From positions 1 to 52,289 of the forward strand of contig DASWKG010000112.1 in NCBI GenBank assembly GCA_036396755.1: a DNA stretch of 52,289 nt, written 5' to 3'. This stretch comes from Actinomycetota bacterium. GTDB taxonomy: Bacteria > Actinomycetota > UBA4738 > CALAEC01. This document shows, in pieces, positions 45,142 to 52,289 of the stretch. The position numbers and the translations under genes are program-made. The notes beneath the pieces are model-generated. The model was given only the letters and a program-made list of their open reading frames with translations. It was not told where the DNA came from and did not search any database. How positions within the stretch are numbered: the first letter of the stretch is position 1; every line of letters begins with the position of its first letter.

Positions 45142-46233
45142 CTACGAAACCCGAAGCGCGACCGTGTCGACGAGTCCGTCGAGGAGGGCCGCGACCTCCC
45201 GGGGGATCGCCGGCTCCTCGAGCGCCACCCGGGCTCGGGCCGCCAGCTCGTCGACCAGCGCCTGCGTGGAGGCGCGCGCACCGGTCGCCTCGATGATCGC
45301 GCGCATCCGGTCGAGCTCGTCCGGCACGAGGCCCGGATGGCCGAACCGGTCCTCCAGGAGCCGGCGATCCTCGCCGCTCGCGGCGGCCAGCGCACGAGCG
45401 GCAAGCAGGGTCCGCTTCCCCTCCCGGAGGTCCGAGTCGCGGTCCTTGCCGGTGACCTCGGGATCGCCGAACACGCCGAGCAGGTCGTCGCGGAGCTGGA
45501 AGGCCTCGCCGAGCGGCACGCCGTATCGTGACAGCGCGTCGAGCAGCGCGGCCGGGCCGTCCCCGAGCAGGGCCCCGATGTGCAGCGGCCCCTCCACCGT
45601 GTAGCCGCCCGACTTCAGCGTGGCAACGCGGCGCGCCTCCCCCTCGGTGAGCCGGCCCCGGTGCGCGGCGAGGACGTCGAGGAACTGCCCCGCCACCACC
45701 TCGGTCCGCATGCGGTCGTAGCGGGCGATCGCCGGAAGGAGCCGATCGGTGGGGAACCCGGACTCGAGCAGGCCGCGGTCGGCGAGCATCAACGCCAGGT
45801 CTCCCTCGAGGACCGCGCCCGAGAGACCGAAGGCATCGGGGTCGCCCGGGAACCCCTCGCGCCGATGATCGTCCGCCAGCTGGACCCACGTCGCGGGGCT
45901 CCCGCGGCGAACGCGCGAGTGGTCCATCACGTCGTCGTGCACGATCGCGAAGGTGTGCAGGAGCTCGAGCGAGGCGGCGGCCCGGAGGATCGGCCGGTCG
46001 ATCTCCCCGCCCGCGGCCGCGTGGCCGAGGCAGCAGAACACGGGACGCAGCCGCTTGCCCCCCGACGCGACGATGCGCGCCAGCTCGTCGAAGAGGCGGC
46101 CCACGCCGGGGGCGCGGGCCTCCGTCTCGGCGCGCTGCTCGTCGAGGAACGCGTCGAGCTCGGCGTCGACGCTGCGAGCGATGTCCTCGCAGGCCGGAGG
46201 GAGCGGCAGGGGCTTCATGGAGGGTTCGTTCAT
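45142..46233 (-). CDS. Polyprenyl synthetase-family protein (GGPP synthase-like)
   Basis: 363 aa from ATG 46233 (the alternative MKPL start is ATG 46218). Motifs IVHDDVMDHSRVRRG and FQLRDDLLGVFGDPEVTGK. Confidence 0.85.
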   Translation of the reverse strand: MNEPSMKPLPLPPACEDIARSVDAELDAFLDEQRAETEARAPGVGRLFDELARIVASGGKRLRPVFCCLGHAAAGGEIDRPILRAAASLELLHTFAIVHDDVMDHSRVRRGSPATWVQLADDHRREGFPGDPDAFGLSGAVLEGDLALMLADRGLLESGFPTDRLLPAIARYDRMRTEVVAGQFLDVLAAHRGRLTEGEARRVATLKSGGYTVEGPLHIGALLGDGPAALLDALSRYGVPLGEAFQLRDDLLGVFGDPEVTGKDRDSDLREGKRTLLAARALAAASGEDRRLLEDRFGHPGLVPDELDRMRAIIEATGARASTQALVDELAARARVALEEPAIPREVAALLDGLVDTVALRVS

Positions 46234-46279
46234 GGCCGGGCGCCGGGGCGCCGCGGCGAACCTACCACGCCGACCCGAG

Positions 46280-48406
46280 CTACTCCTCGCCGTCGAGCCG
46301 GTAGGTCCAGTACGAGGGCGGCCCCGCGGTCTCGCCGGACAGCACGCCCGAGGCCACGAACAGCCGCCCCGGCACGAGCGGGTCGGCCGCGATCGCACCG
46401 GCCGCCATGCCCGGGAGCCCGTCGTTGAGCGCCTCCCAGGTGGCGCCCGCGTCGCGGGTCACCCGGACGCCGTCGGTGGGAGACGTCACGTACAAGGTGT
46501 CCGCGTCCCAGGGGCTCGCGATCGGGAATCCCCGGCCCGCGCCCGACGCCACCCAGGTCCGTCCGAAGTCGGTGGACCGGTACAGATCGTCGTCGCCGAC
46601 CGCGTAGGCGAGGCCCGGCTGCGCCGGCGAGAACAGGACCGACGAGGTCGAGCTGGGAGACGCGGGCAGCTCGGGCACCTGCGCCCAGGTCGCGCCGCCG
46701 TCCTCGGAACGCCAGGCGCCACCGTCGAACGCGGCGACGAGCACCTTCCGACCGTCGTGGGGCGAGACGGCGATCACGTAGATGTTGTCGCCGGTCTCGA
46801 GCACCGGGGTCCAGGTCAGGCCGCCGTCGGTCGATCGCTGGAGGACGGTGCGGCAGCAGCCGTTCGTCGTGAGGCCCGCGGCGAAGACGATCTTCGGGTC
46901 GGTCGGGTGGGTCGCAACCGCGCCGACGGAGCCCCCCGGGAAGGGAACCTTCGTCCATTCGGTCACGGCGGCGTTCGAGTGGTACAGGCCGTCGTCGAAG
47001 CCGCTGGTCCACAGCGAACCGTCGGCCGACGCGACGAGCGGGAAGTACGACTCGCCGACGAGGTCGTCGTACCTCGGCGCCTCGGCGTCCGCCCAGGTCG
47101 CGCCCCCGTCGTCGGAGCGCAGGATATGCCGCCCGCACGCCAGGAAGAGCGAGCCGTCGGACCGGGCGACCATGTTCAGGCAGGTTCGCCCGTGGTCCAG
47201 CTCGTCGAACCAGCCCGGGGCCGTGAGCCCGCTCTCGCTCCCGTGGAACTCGGCGCGGTAGACGCTGGCGCGGGAGACCGTCGCGTACACGTTGTCCGCA
47301 TGGGCAGGACCCGGGTTGCGGTCCGCCACCGCGAGCGCGCGGACGGCGCGGGCGCCGGGAGCGGGATCGAGCCGGAACCACTCCAGCCCCGGAACGCTCA
47401 CCGTGAGCCCGACGCCATGCCAGAAGCCCGTCTCGAGGAGCGCGATGTACAGCCCCCCCACGGTTCCGGCGTAGAGGGCCGTCGTCCGCCCGAGGAACTG
47501 GTTCGGGATGTCGGTCGCCACCTCGAGCGCCCCGGGGTTCAGCCGCGGGACCGGCACGCCGAGCATCGGCGGCAGCGGGGTCCAGGTCACGCCGAGGTCC
47601 GCGGACCGGAAGAACGCGGTCCCGGCGGCCGAGGCGGCCGGTCTCGCCATGAAGACCACCGACGGTGCCACCGGGTCCTCGGGCGCCGATGCCCAGGTCA
47701 CGCCCCAGGCGGCGGTCTCGGGCGAGGGAAGCCCGGTGGTCGCGCGCGTGAAGGTCGCCCCCCCGTCGGCGCTGCGATACAGGCCCTGCTCGGTCGCCAC
47801 CAGGAGCACCGTCCCGCCGGGCTCCACCTCGTTCACGCGCGCGGCCGGGAGGCCGGTCCCCAGCGGCGCCCAGGTGCTGCCCCGGTCCCCGCTCACGCGG
47901 AGGCCGCCGGCCACGAGGCCGGCGACCGGACGGCCATCGGCCAGGAAGGTGAGGACGTTCACGTCGGCGCCGACGTCGCCGACGCGCGCCCAGGTCGCGC
48001 CGTCGTCGTCGCTCCGCCAGACCGCGGTCGCGAAGAGCGCGTACGCGTCGTCGCCGCCCGGCGGCGCCGCGACGAGCGAGGGCGTCTCGACGATCTGACG
48101 AAGCTCGATCTCGCCGTCCGGCCTCACCACCCGCTCCTGGCCGAGCTCCCAGCTCCGGCCGCCGTCGGTCGAGCGGAAGAGGCCGGGCGTCCGGACGCCG
48201 GCGATGGTCTCGACGCCGCCTCCGAACGTGTCCTTGACGACGGCACGCCCGGTGGCCAGCAGCAGCCCCTCGCGCGCGGCGACGCTGGTCGCGTCGGAGG
48301 GGCCGAGCGCTTGGGTCGCCGACCAGGTGGCGCCCTCGCCGGCCGAGGCGAGGCCGGCGGGGATCGCGAGCGAGAGCGTCGCGAGGAGGGCGAGGGCGCG
48401 TCGCAT
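46280..48406 (-). CDS. Secreted BNR/Asp-box repeat beta-propeller protein, paralogue A (708 aa)
   Basis: Signal peptide MRRALALLATLSLAIPAGLASA. It has about 10 SxDxGxTW-type motifs (STDGGRSW, SDDDGATW, SGDRGSTW, SADGGATF, SADLGVTW, SDDGGATW, STDGGLTW, SEDGGATW, STDFGRTW, TRDAGATW). The track ORF 46280..50119 fuses it to an out-of-frame antisense-free artefact. Confidence 0.82.
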   Translation of the reverse strand: MRRALALLATLSLAIPAGLASAGEGATWSATQALGPSDATSVAAREGLLLATGRAVVKDTFGGGVETIAGVRTPGLFRSTDGGRSWELGQERVVRPDGEIELRQIVETPSLVAAPPGGDDAYALFATAVWRSDDDGATWARVGDVGADVNVLTFLADGRPVAGLVAGGLRVSGDRGSTWAPLGTGLPAARVNEVEPGGTVLLVATEQGLYRSADGGATFTRATTGLPSPETAAWGVTWASAPEDPVAPSVVFMARPAASAAGTAFFRSADLGVTWTPLPPMLGVPVPRLNPGALEVATDIPNQFLGRTTALYAGTVGGLYIALLETGFWHGVGLTVSVPGLEWFRLDPAPGARAVRALAVADRNPGPAHADNVYATVSRASVYRAEFHGSESGLTAPGWFDELDHGRTCLNMVARSDGSLFLACGRHILRSDDGGATWADAEAPRYDDLVGESYFPLVASADGSLWTSGFDDGLYHSNAAVTEWTKVPFPGGSVGAVATHPTDPKIVFAAGLTTNGCCRTVLQRSTDGGLTWTPVLETGDNIYVIAVSPHDGRKVLVAAFDGGAWRSEDGGATWAQVPELPASPSSTSSVLFSPAQPGLAYAVGDDDLYRSTDFGRTWVASGAGRGFPIASPWDADTLYVTSPTDGVRVTRDAGATWEALNDGLPGMAAGAIAADPLVPGRLFVASGVLSGETAGPPSYWTYRLDGEE

Positions 48407-48411
48407 CGAGA

Positions 48412-50511
48412 TCAGCCCGTCATCCCGCGGTAGATCCACATCGACTGCGGAGCGACGCTGTAGCCGAGCACCCCGGCGGCGATGAACACCTCGCCCTCGG
48501 TCGACCGGCTGGGCACGAGGTGGGAGATCTCCTCGCAGATGTTGCAGTCGGGGTGCTTGGGAAGGCCCCCGTCGTACAGATCCCACGTGACGCCGCCGTC
48601 CTGGGTGACGACGAGGTCGCCGTCGATCGACAGCGAGTAGATCGTGTCGGCGTCCCAGGGGCTCACCTGGATCTCGAACGTGCTCTTCTCGCGCCCGTCG
48701 ACGACGACCTGGCCAACGAGCTCCCACGTCCTCCCCGCGTCGTCGCTGCGGAAGAAGCCGTCGGAAGTGAGCGCCCAGGCTCGCGCCGGCGACGCGGCCG
48801 TGTAGTACGCCCGATAGACGTTCCCGCTGATCCCGAGGGCCTGCGTCCAGGCGCCCCCGCCGTCCTCGCTGATCCAGAGCCCGTCGTCGTACGCGGCGAC
48901 GAGCACCTTGCTGGGGGTCGAGGGCGACACGCTGATCGTGTAGACGTTCGTCCCCAGGTCGAGGATCGGCCTGCCCCACGTCGCCCCGCCGTCGGTGGAC
49001 TTGTACAGGAGCCCGGTGGAGCCGTTCGTGAGGAGGCCCGCCGCGTACACGATGTTGGCGTCGGTCGGGTGCGTGCCGATCGCGCCGACGCTCGCCCCGG
49101 GGAACGCGACCTTGCTCCATTGGGTGACGGCGGCGTTCGAGTGATAGAGGCCGTAGTGGAAGCCGCTCGTCCACAGCGAGCCGTCGGCCGAGGCGACCAG
49201 CGGGTTGAACGGGGTGTCGCCGACGCCGGCGCTGACGTACGGAAGCCCGTTGCCCGCCCCCGACCACGTCGCGCCGTGGTCGTTCGAGCGGAACACGTGG
49301 CGGCCGCACGCGGCGAACAGCGCGCCGTCGGGCCGGGACACGAGGCCGCCGCAGATCCGGCCGCCCTCCAGCTCGTCGATCCAGCCGGGCGCCGTCAGCC
49401 TGACGGCGTTCCGGGTGACGGCAGCGGGGCTCGACCTGCGGAGCGCCGCGTAGACGGTGAAGTCGCGCAGCGGCCCCGGGTTGGAGTCCGCGCCGGCGAG
49501 CTCGGTGACGGCGAGCCCGCCGGGCTCGGGCTCGAGCCGCTCCCACTCGAGCCCGGCCTGGGTGCGCGTGCCGCTCCGGTAGAGGCCGCTCGTCGTCCCC
49601 GCGTAGAGCAGGTACAGCGAGCCCTGCACCACGACGTCGAACGCGCCGTTGTTCACGCGCGGCAGCAGGCTCTGGCCGACCGGGGACACGCGCGGCTGCC
49701 ACGTGCTGCCCTGGTCGGTGGACAGGTAGACGGCGGTGCTCGTGAGGACCCGTCCCGGCATCGCGAGGTAGAGCGGCGAGGTGCCGTCGCCGGCCACGCC
49801 CAGCGCGCTGGCGGACGGCTGGTCGATGCCGGTGGTCGCCTGCGCGAAGGTCTGGCCGCCGTCGGCGCTGCGGTAGAGGCCGGTCGCGGTCGCGACCAGG
49901 ACGAGCGTCGCGGAGTACGGAAGGACCTCGTTCACGCGGCTGGCGGGAAGGCCCGAGCCGAGCGGGGCCCAGGTCGCCCCGCGATCGGCGCTGACCCGGA
50001 GGCCGCCGGTCGACAGCCCGGCGACCGCTCGCCCGTCGGCCAGGAAGTCGAGCGTGGTGACGCCGGCGGGGGCGGTCCCCACCCGCAGCCAGGTGACGCC
50101 GTCGTCCTCGCTCCGCCACACGGCGGTCCCGAAGAGCGCGTACGCGTCGGGGCCGGTCGGAGGAGCGCCCACGAGGTCGGGCGTCTCGGTGATCGGGCGG
50201 AGGGTCGCCTGGCCGTCGACGACGACCGGCTCGGCGCCGAGGGTCCAGCTGCGCCCCTCGTCGGCGGAGCGGAACAGGCCGGAGGTCCGGGGCCCGGGGA
50301 TCGCCTCCTCGGTCATGTCGATGTAGTGGAGGGTGCCGCCGGCGAGGACGAGCCCCTCGCGCGCGGCGATCGTCGTCGCGTTCGTGGGGCCGAGGGCCAG
50401 CGGGCTGGACCAGAAGGGATCGTCGGCCGCGACGGGTGCCGGCGGCAGGACCGCCGCGAGGGTCGCCGCCGTCGTGAGCGCGGCGATGGTGGACCGGAGC
50501 GCGTTCTTCAT
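48412..50511 (-). CDS. Secreted BNR/Asp-box repeat beta-propeller protein, paralogue B (699 aa)
   Basis: AGGAGG lies upstream of ATG 50511. Signal peptide MKNALRSTIAALTTAATLAAVLPPAPVAA. It is collinear with paralogue A and carries the same Asp-box series (SADEGRSW, SEDDGVTW, SADRGATW, SADGGQTF, STDQGSTW, SNDHGATW, STDGGATW, SEDGGGAW, SDDAGRTW, TQDGGVTW). Confidence 0.82.
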   Translation of the reverse strand: MKNALRSTIAALTTAATLAAVLPPAPVAADDPFWSSPLALGPTNATTIAAREGLVLAGGTLHYIDMTEEAIPGPRTSGLFRSADEGRSWTLGAEPVVVDGQATLRPITETPDLVGAPPTGPDAYALFGTAVWRSEDDGVTWLRVGTAPAGVTTLDFLADGRAVAGLSTGGLRVSADRGATWAPLGSGLPASRVNEVLPYSATLVLVATATGLYRSADGGQTFAQATTGIDQPSASALGVAGDGTSPLYLAMPGRVLTSTAVYLSTDQGSTWQPRVSPVGQSLLPRVNNGAFDVVVQGSLYLLYAGTTSGLYRSGTRTQAGLEWERLEPEPGGLAVTELAGADSNPGPLRDFTVYAALRRSSPAAVTRNAVRLTAPGWIDELEGGRICGGLVSRPDGALFAACGRHVFRSNDHGATWSGAGNGLPYVSAGVGDTPFNPLVASADGSLWTSGFHYGLYHSNAAVTQWSKVAFPGASVGAIGTHPTDANIVYAAGLLTNGSTGLLYKSTDGGATWGRPILDLGTNVYTISVSPSTPSKVLVAAYDDGLWISEDGGGAWTQALGISGNVYRAYYTAASPARAWALTSDGFFRSDDAGRTWELVGQVVVDGREKSTFEIQVSPWDADTIYSLSIDGDLVVTQDGGVTWDLYDGGLPKHPDCNICEEISHLVPSRSTEGEVFIAAGVLGYSVAPQSMWIYRGMTG

Positions 50512-50522
50512 CGGGATGCCTC

Positions 50523-52289
50523 CTACTGGTAGCTGCCGGGACAGGTCGCGCCCACGAGCACCGAGCGCCACTGGCTGGCGTAGGGCGAGTAGTCGGAGTA
50601 CACGCTGAACTTCGCGAGGCTGTACTGGAACAGGCTGCCGGTCAGCCCCGTGTGGTAGAGGATCCGCTCCCCCGCCTGGAGCCCGACGGTTCCGAGCGGC
50701 GCGCGGATCGTGACCATGTCCTTCGCGTAGTCGATGGTGCCGGTGGCGGCCCCGCGACGGGTGAAGTTGATGGCCTCCGCGGTGCCGCCGGTGGTGTCTC
50801 CCCACTCGAACGAGTAGCCGCCGGCCGCCCCGGTGTCGTCGAGGCTGATGGGCCCGATCGCCGCGAGGTACTTGTTGTAGGTGCCGGTGCCGTCGGTGAA
50901 CAGGTAGACCCATGTGTACGCGGCGGACCGGTCGTCGTTCGCGAGCACGTGCGCCAGCTCGAGGTCCTCGACCCGCAGCGTCGCGGTGAGCTGTCCGCCG
51001 CTCGTGTCGACGCTCGTCTCTCTGAGGTCGATGGCGGGGTTGTTCTGCGAGTGCATGTTCAGGGTCTGGCGCGCGCGGGCGTCACCGGCGGTGTCGAGCT
51101 GCTGGGGCATGCACGCGACCGATCGCGCGGGCTCGGGCCAGCCGCCCTCGTCCGGGGTGAGGATCCGCACCCGGTGGTAGTCGGCGATCGCCAGCGAGCC
51201 GCCGTCCGGCGACAGCGCGATCGCGTTCGGCTGGAGCAGCGCGGTGGCGAGCGCCGCGTCGTCGCGCTCGAGGTCGAAGATGCCGGTCCCTGCGACCCTC
51301 GACACCATCCCGTTCGGGGCGATGTAGGAGATGTAGGGCCCGGACGCACGGTTCCGGAGCAGGTACCCGTCGAGCCCCTGCTCGGCGACGAGGTAGCCGC
51401 CGCCGGGTACCGGCTCGACGTCGACCGGGTAGGCGAACGACGAGAGGGCGCCGATCGTCCCGTTCCGATGCTCGAGCCCGCCGTCGCCGGCGATCGTGTC
51501 GATCACCCGGGTTGCCGCGTCGACGCGCCGGATGCGGGCGTTGTACGAATCGGCGATCAGCAGGTTGCCGGCCTCGTCGAACTCGAGCCCCTCGGGCACG
51601 TCGAGCCTGGTCTGGTCGCTCAGCACCTTTCCGTCGCCCCCGTAGCCGCAGGGGGCCGACTGGTTCGTGTCGCGCGTGCCGGCGACGAGGTGGACGGTGC
51701 CGCCGCGCAGCATGCGGATGCGCGACGGGTTGCACCCGCTGTACGGCGCCTCCGTCCAGTAGACGTCGCCGTTCGGCGCCACCGCGAGGGCACGCGGGAA
51801 GTAGAGGTTCGCGTCGCCGGCGGGCATCTCATTCGGCTGGGGGCCGCCGTCGAGGAAGCCGACCTGCCGGCCCGCCATCTTCGTCAGCGTCTCCGCCTCG
51901 GGGTCGTAGACGGTGATCGCGCGGTTGCCCACGTCGGCGATCCAGACGCGGCCGTCGGGCCCGACGTCGATCGAGCGCGGGCTGCCGAGCGCGGTCTCGA
52001 GCGCGGGACCGCTGTCGTCCTCGACCTCGTCGCTCCCCATCTCGCCGCTGCCCGCCACCACGCGGATCGACCCGTCGGGGTCGAGCCGCCAGAGCCGGCC
52101 CCCGCCCTTGCGCGACGCGGGGATCGTGACCCCGCCGGGCGCCGGCGAGTCGGCGATGTACAGGCTGCCGCTCTCGTCGTAGGCGAGGCCCGCCACGTAC
52201 TGGAAGTCGGCGCCGAGCGCCTCGAGCCCGGGCGCGAACTCCGCCTTGTCGTGGCCCGTCCCCATGTAGGTGTCGATCGTCCCGTCGGG
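50523..52289 (-). CDS. NHL-repeat beta-propeller protein with a distinct ~200-aa C-terminal domain; 5' end lies outside the window
   Basis: Repeated NHL-like units are present (LYIADSPAPG.., VWIADVGNRAITVYD, LLIADSYNARIRRVD, LAIADYHRVRILTPD). The frame stays open to the window edge upstream of the track Met at 52265. Confidence 0.8.
   Translation of the reverse strand, partial: PDGTIDTYMGTGHDKAEFAPGLEALGADFQYVAGLAYDESGSLYIADSPAPGGVTIPASRKGGGRLWRLDPDGSIRVVAGSGEMGSDEVEDDSGPALETALGSPRSIDVGPDGRVWIADVGNRAITVYDPEAETLTKMAGRQVGFLDGGPQPNEMPAGDANLYFPRALAVAPNGDVYWTEAPYSGCNPSRIRMLRGGTVHLVAGTRDTNQSAPCGYGGDGKVLSDQTRLDVPEGLEFDEAGNLLIADSYNARIRRVDAATRVIDTIAGDGGLEHRNGTIGALSSFAYPVDVEPVPGGGYLVAEQGLDGYLLRNRASGPYISYIAPNGMVSRVAGTGIFDLERDDAALATALLQPNAIALSPDGGSLAIADYHRVRILTPDEGGWPEPARSVACMPQQLDTAGDARARQTLNMHSQNNPAIDLRETSVDTSGGQLTATLRVEDLELAHVLANDDRSAAYTWVYLFTDGTGTYNKYLAAIGPISLDDTGAAGGYSFEWGDTTGGTAEAINFTRRGAATGTIDYAKDMVTIRAPLGTVGLQAGERILYHTGLTGSLFQYSLAKFSVYSDYSPYASQWRSVLVGATCPGSYQ

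Noticed and set aside
46280-50119. Single 1279-aa giant protein spanning both BNR genes
   Set aside because: The N-terminal ~570 aa are an out-of-frame read through paralogue B and are R/P/G-rich. A clean signal peptide starts at ATG 48406, 5 nt after the stop of paralogue B, which defines the real gene.

Overview
The window is very GC-rich (third codon positions are about 90% G+C) and looks actinobacterial. It is almost entirely chromosomal housekeeping DNA, and I saw no rRNA, CRISPR array, integrase or transposase.

Gene content from left to right:
- The 5' end of tuf, preceded on the same strand by tRNA-Met, tRNA-Thr and tRNA-Tyr. These tRNAs are separated by a zur/znuACB zinc-uptake cassette and by a block holding DUF192, an APC permease and a KdpD/KdpE-like two-component pair.
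- yajQ, a secreted M23 peptidase and htpX.
- A 10-gene truncated complex I operon, nuoABCHIJKLMN, with no nuoD/E/F/G.
- A 2.5 kb patch of orphan secreted proteins.
- A sugar-type ABC transporter.
- A lower-GC RES/Xre toxin-antitoxin pair.
- A 25 kb same-strand array: partial NHL-repeat protein, two tandem paralogous BNR/Asp-box propeller proteins, a polyprenyl synthase, a PPOX-like protein, a geranylgeranyl reductase, a complete nuoA-N operon and a second polyprenyl synthase.

Most notable observations:
- The NuoD-less second complex I operon.
- Rex-type operators abutting the start codons of both nuo operons.
- A Zur box over the znuA start codon in a 26-nt divergent gap.
- An 11-bp direct repeat between the two-component operon and a permease operon that includes a short high-GC3 membrane ORF absent from the track.
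- The secreted triple beta-propeller operon.

All calls come from reading the sequence and from recalled family motifs. No database search was run.
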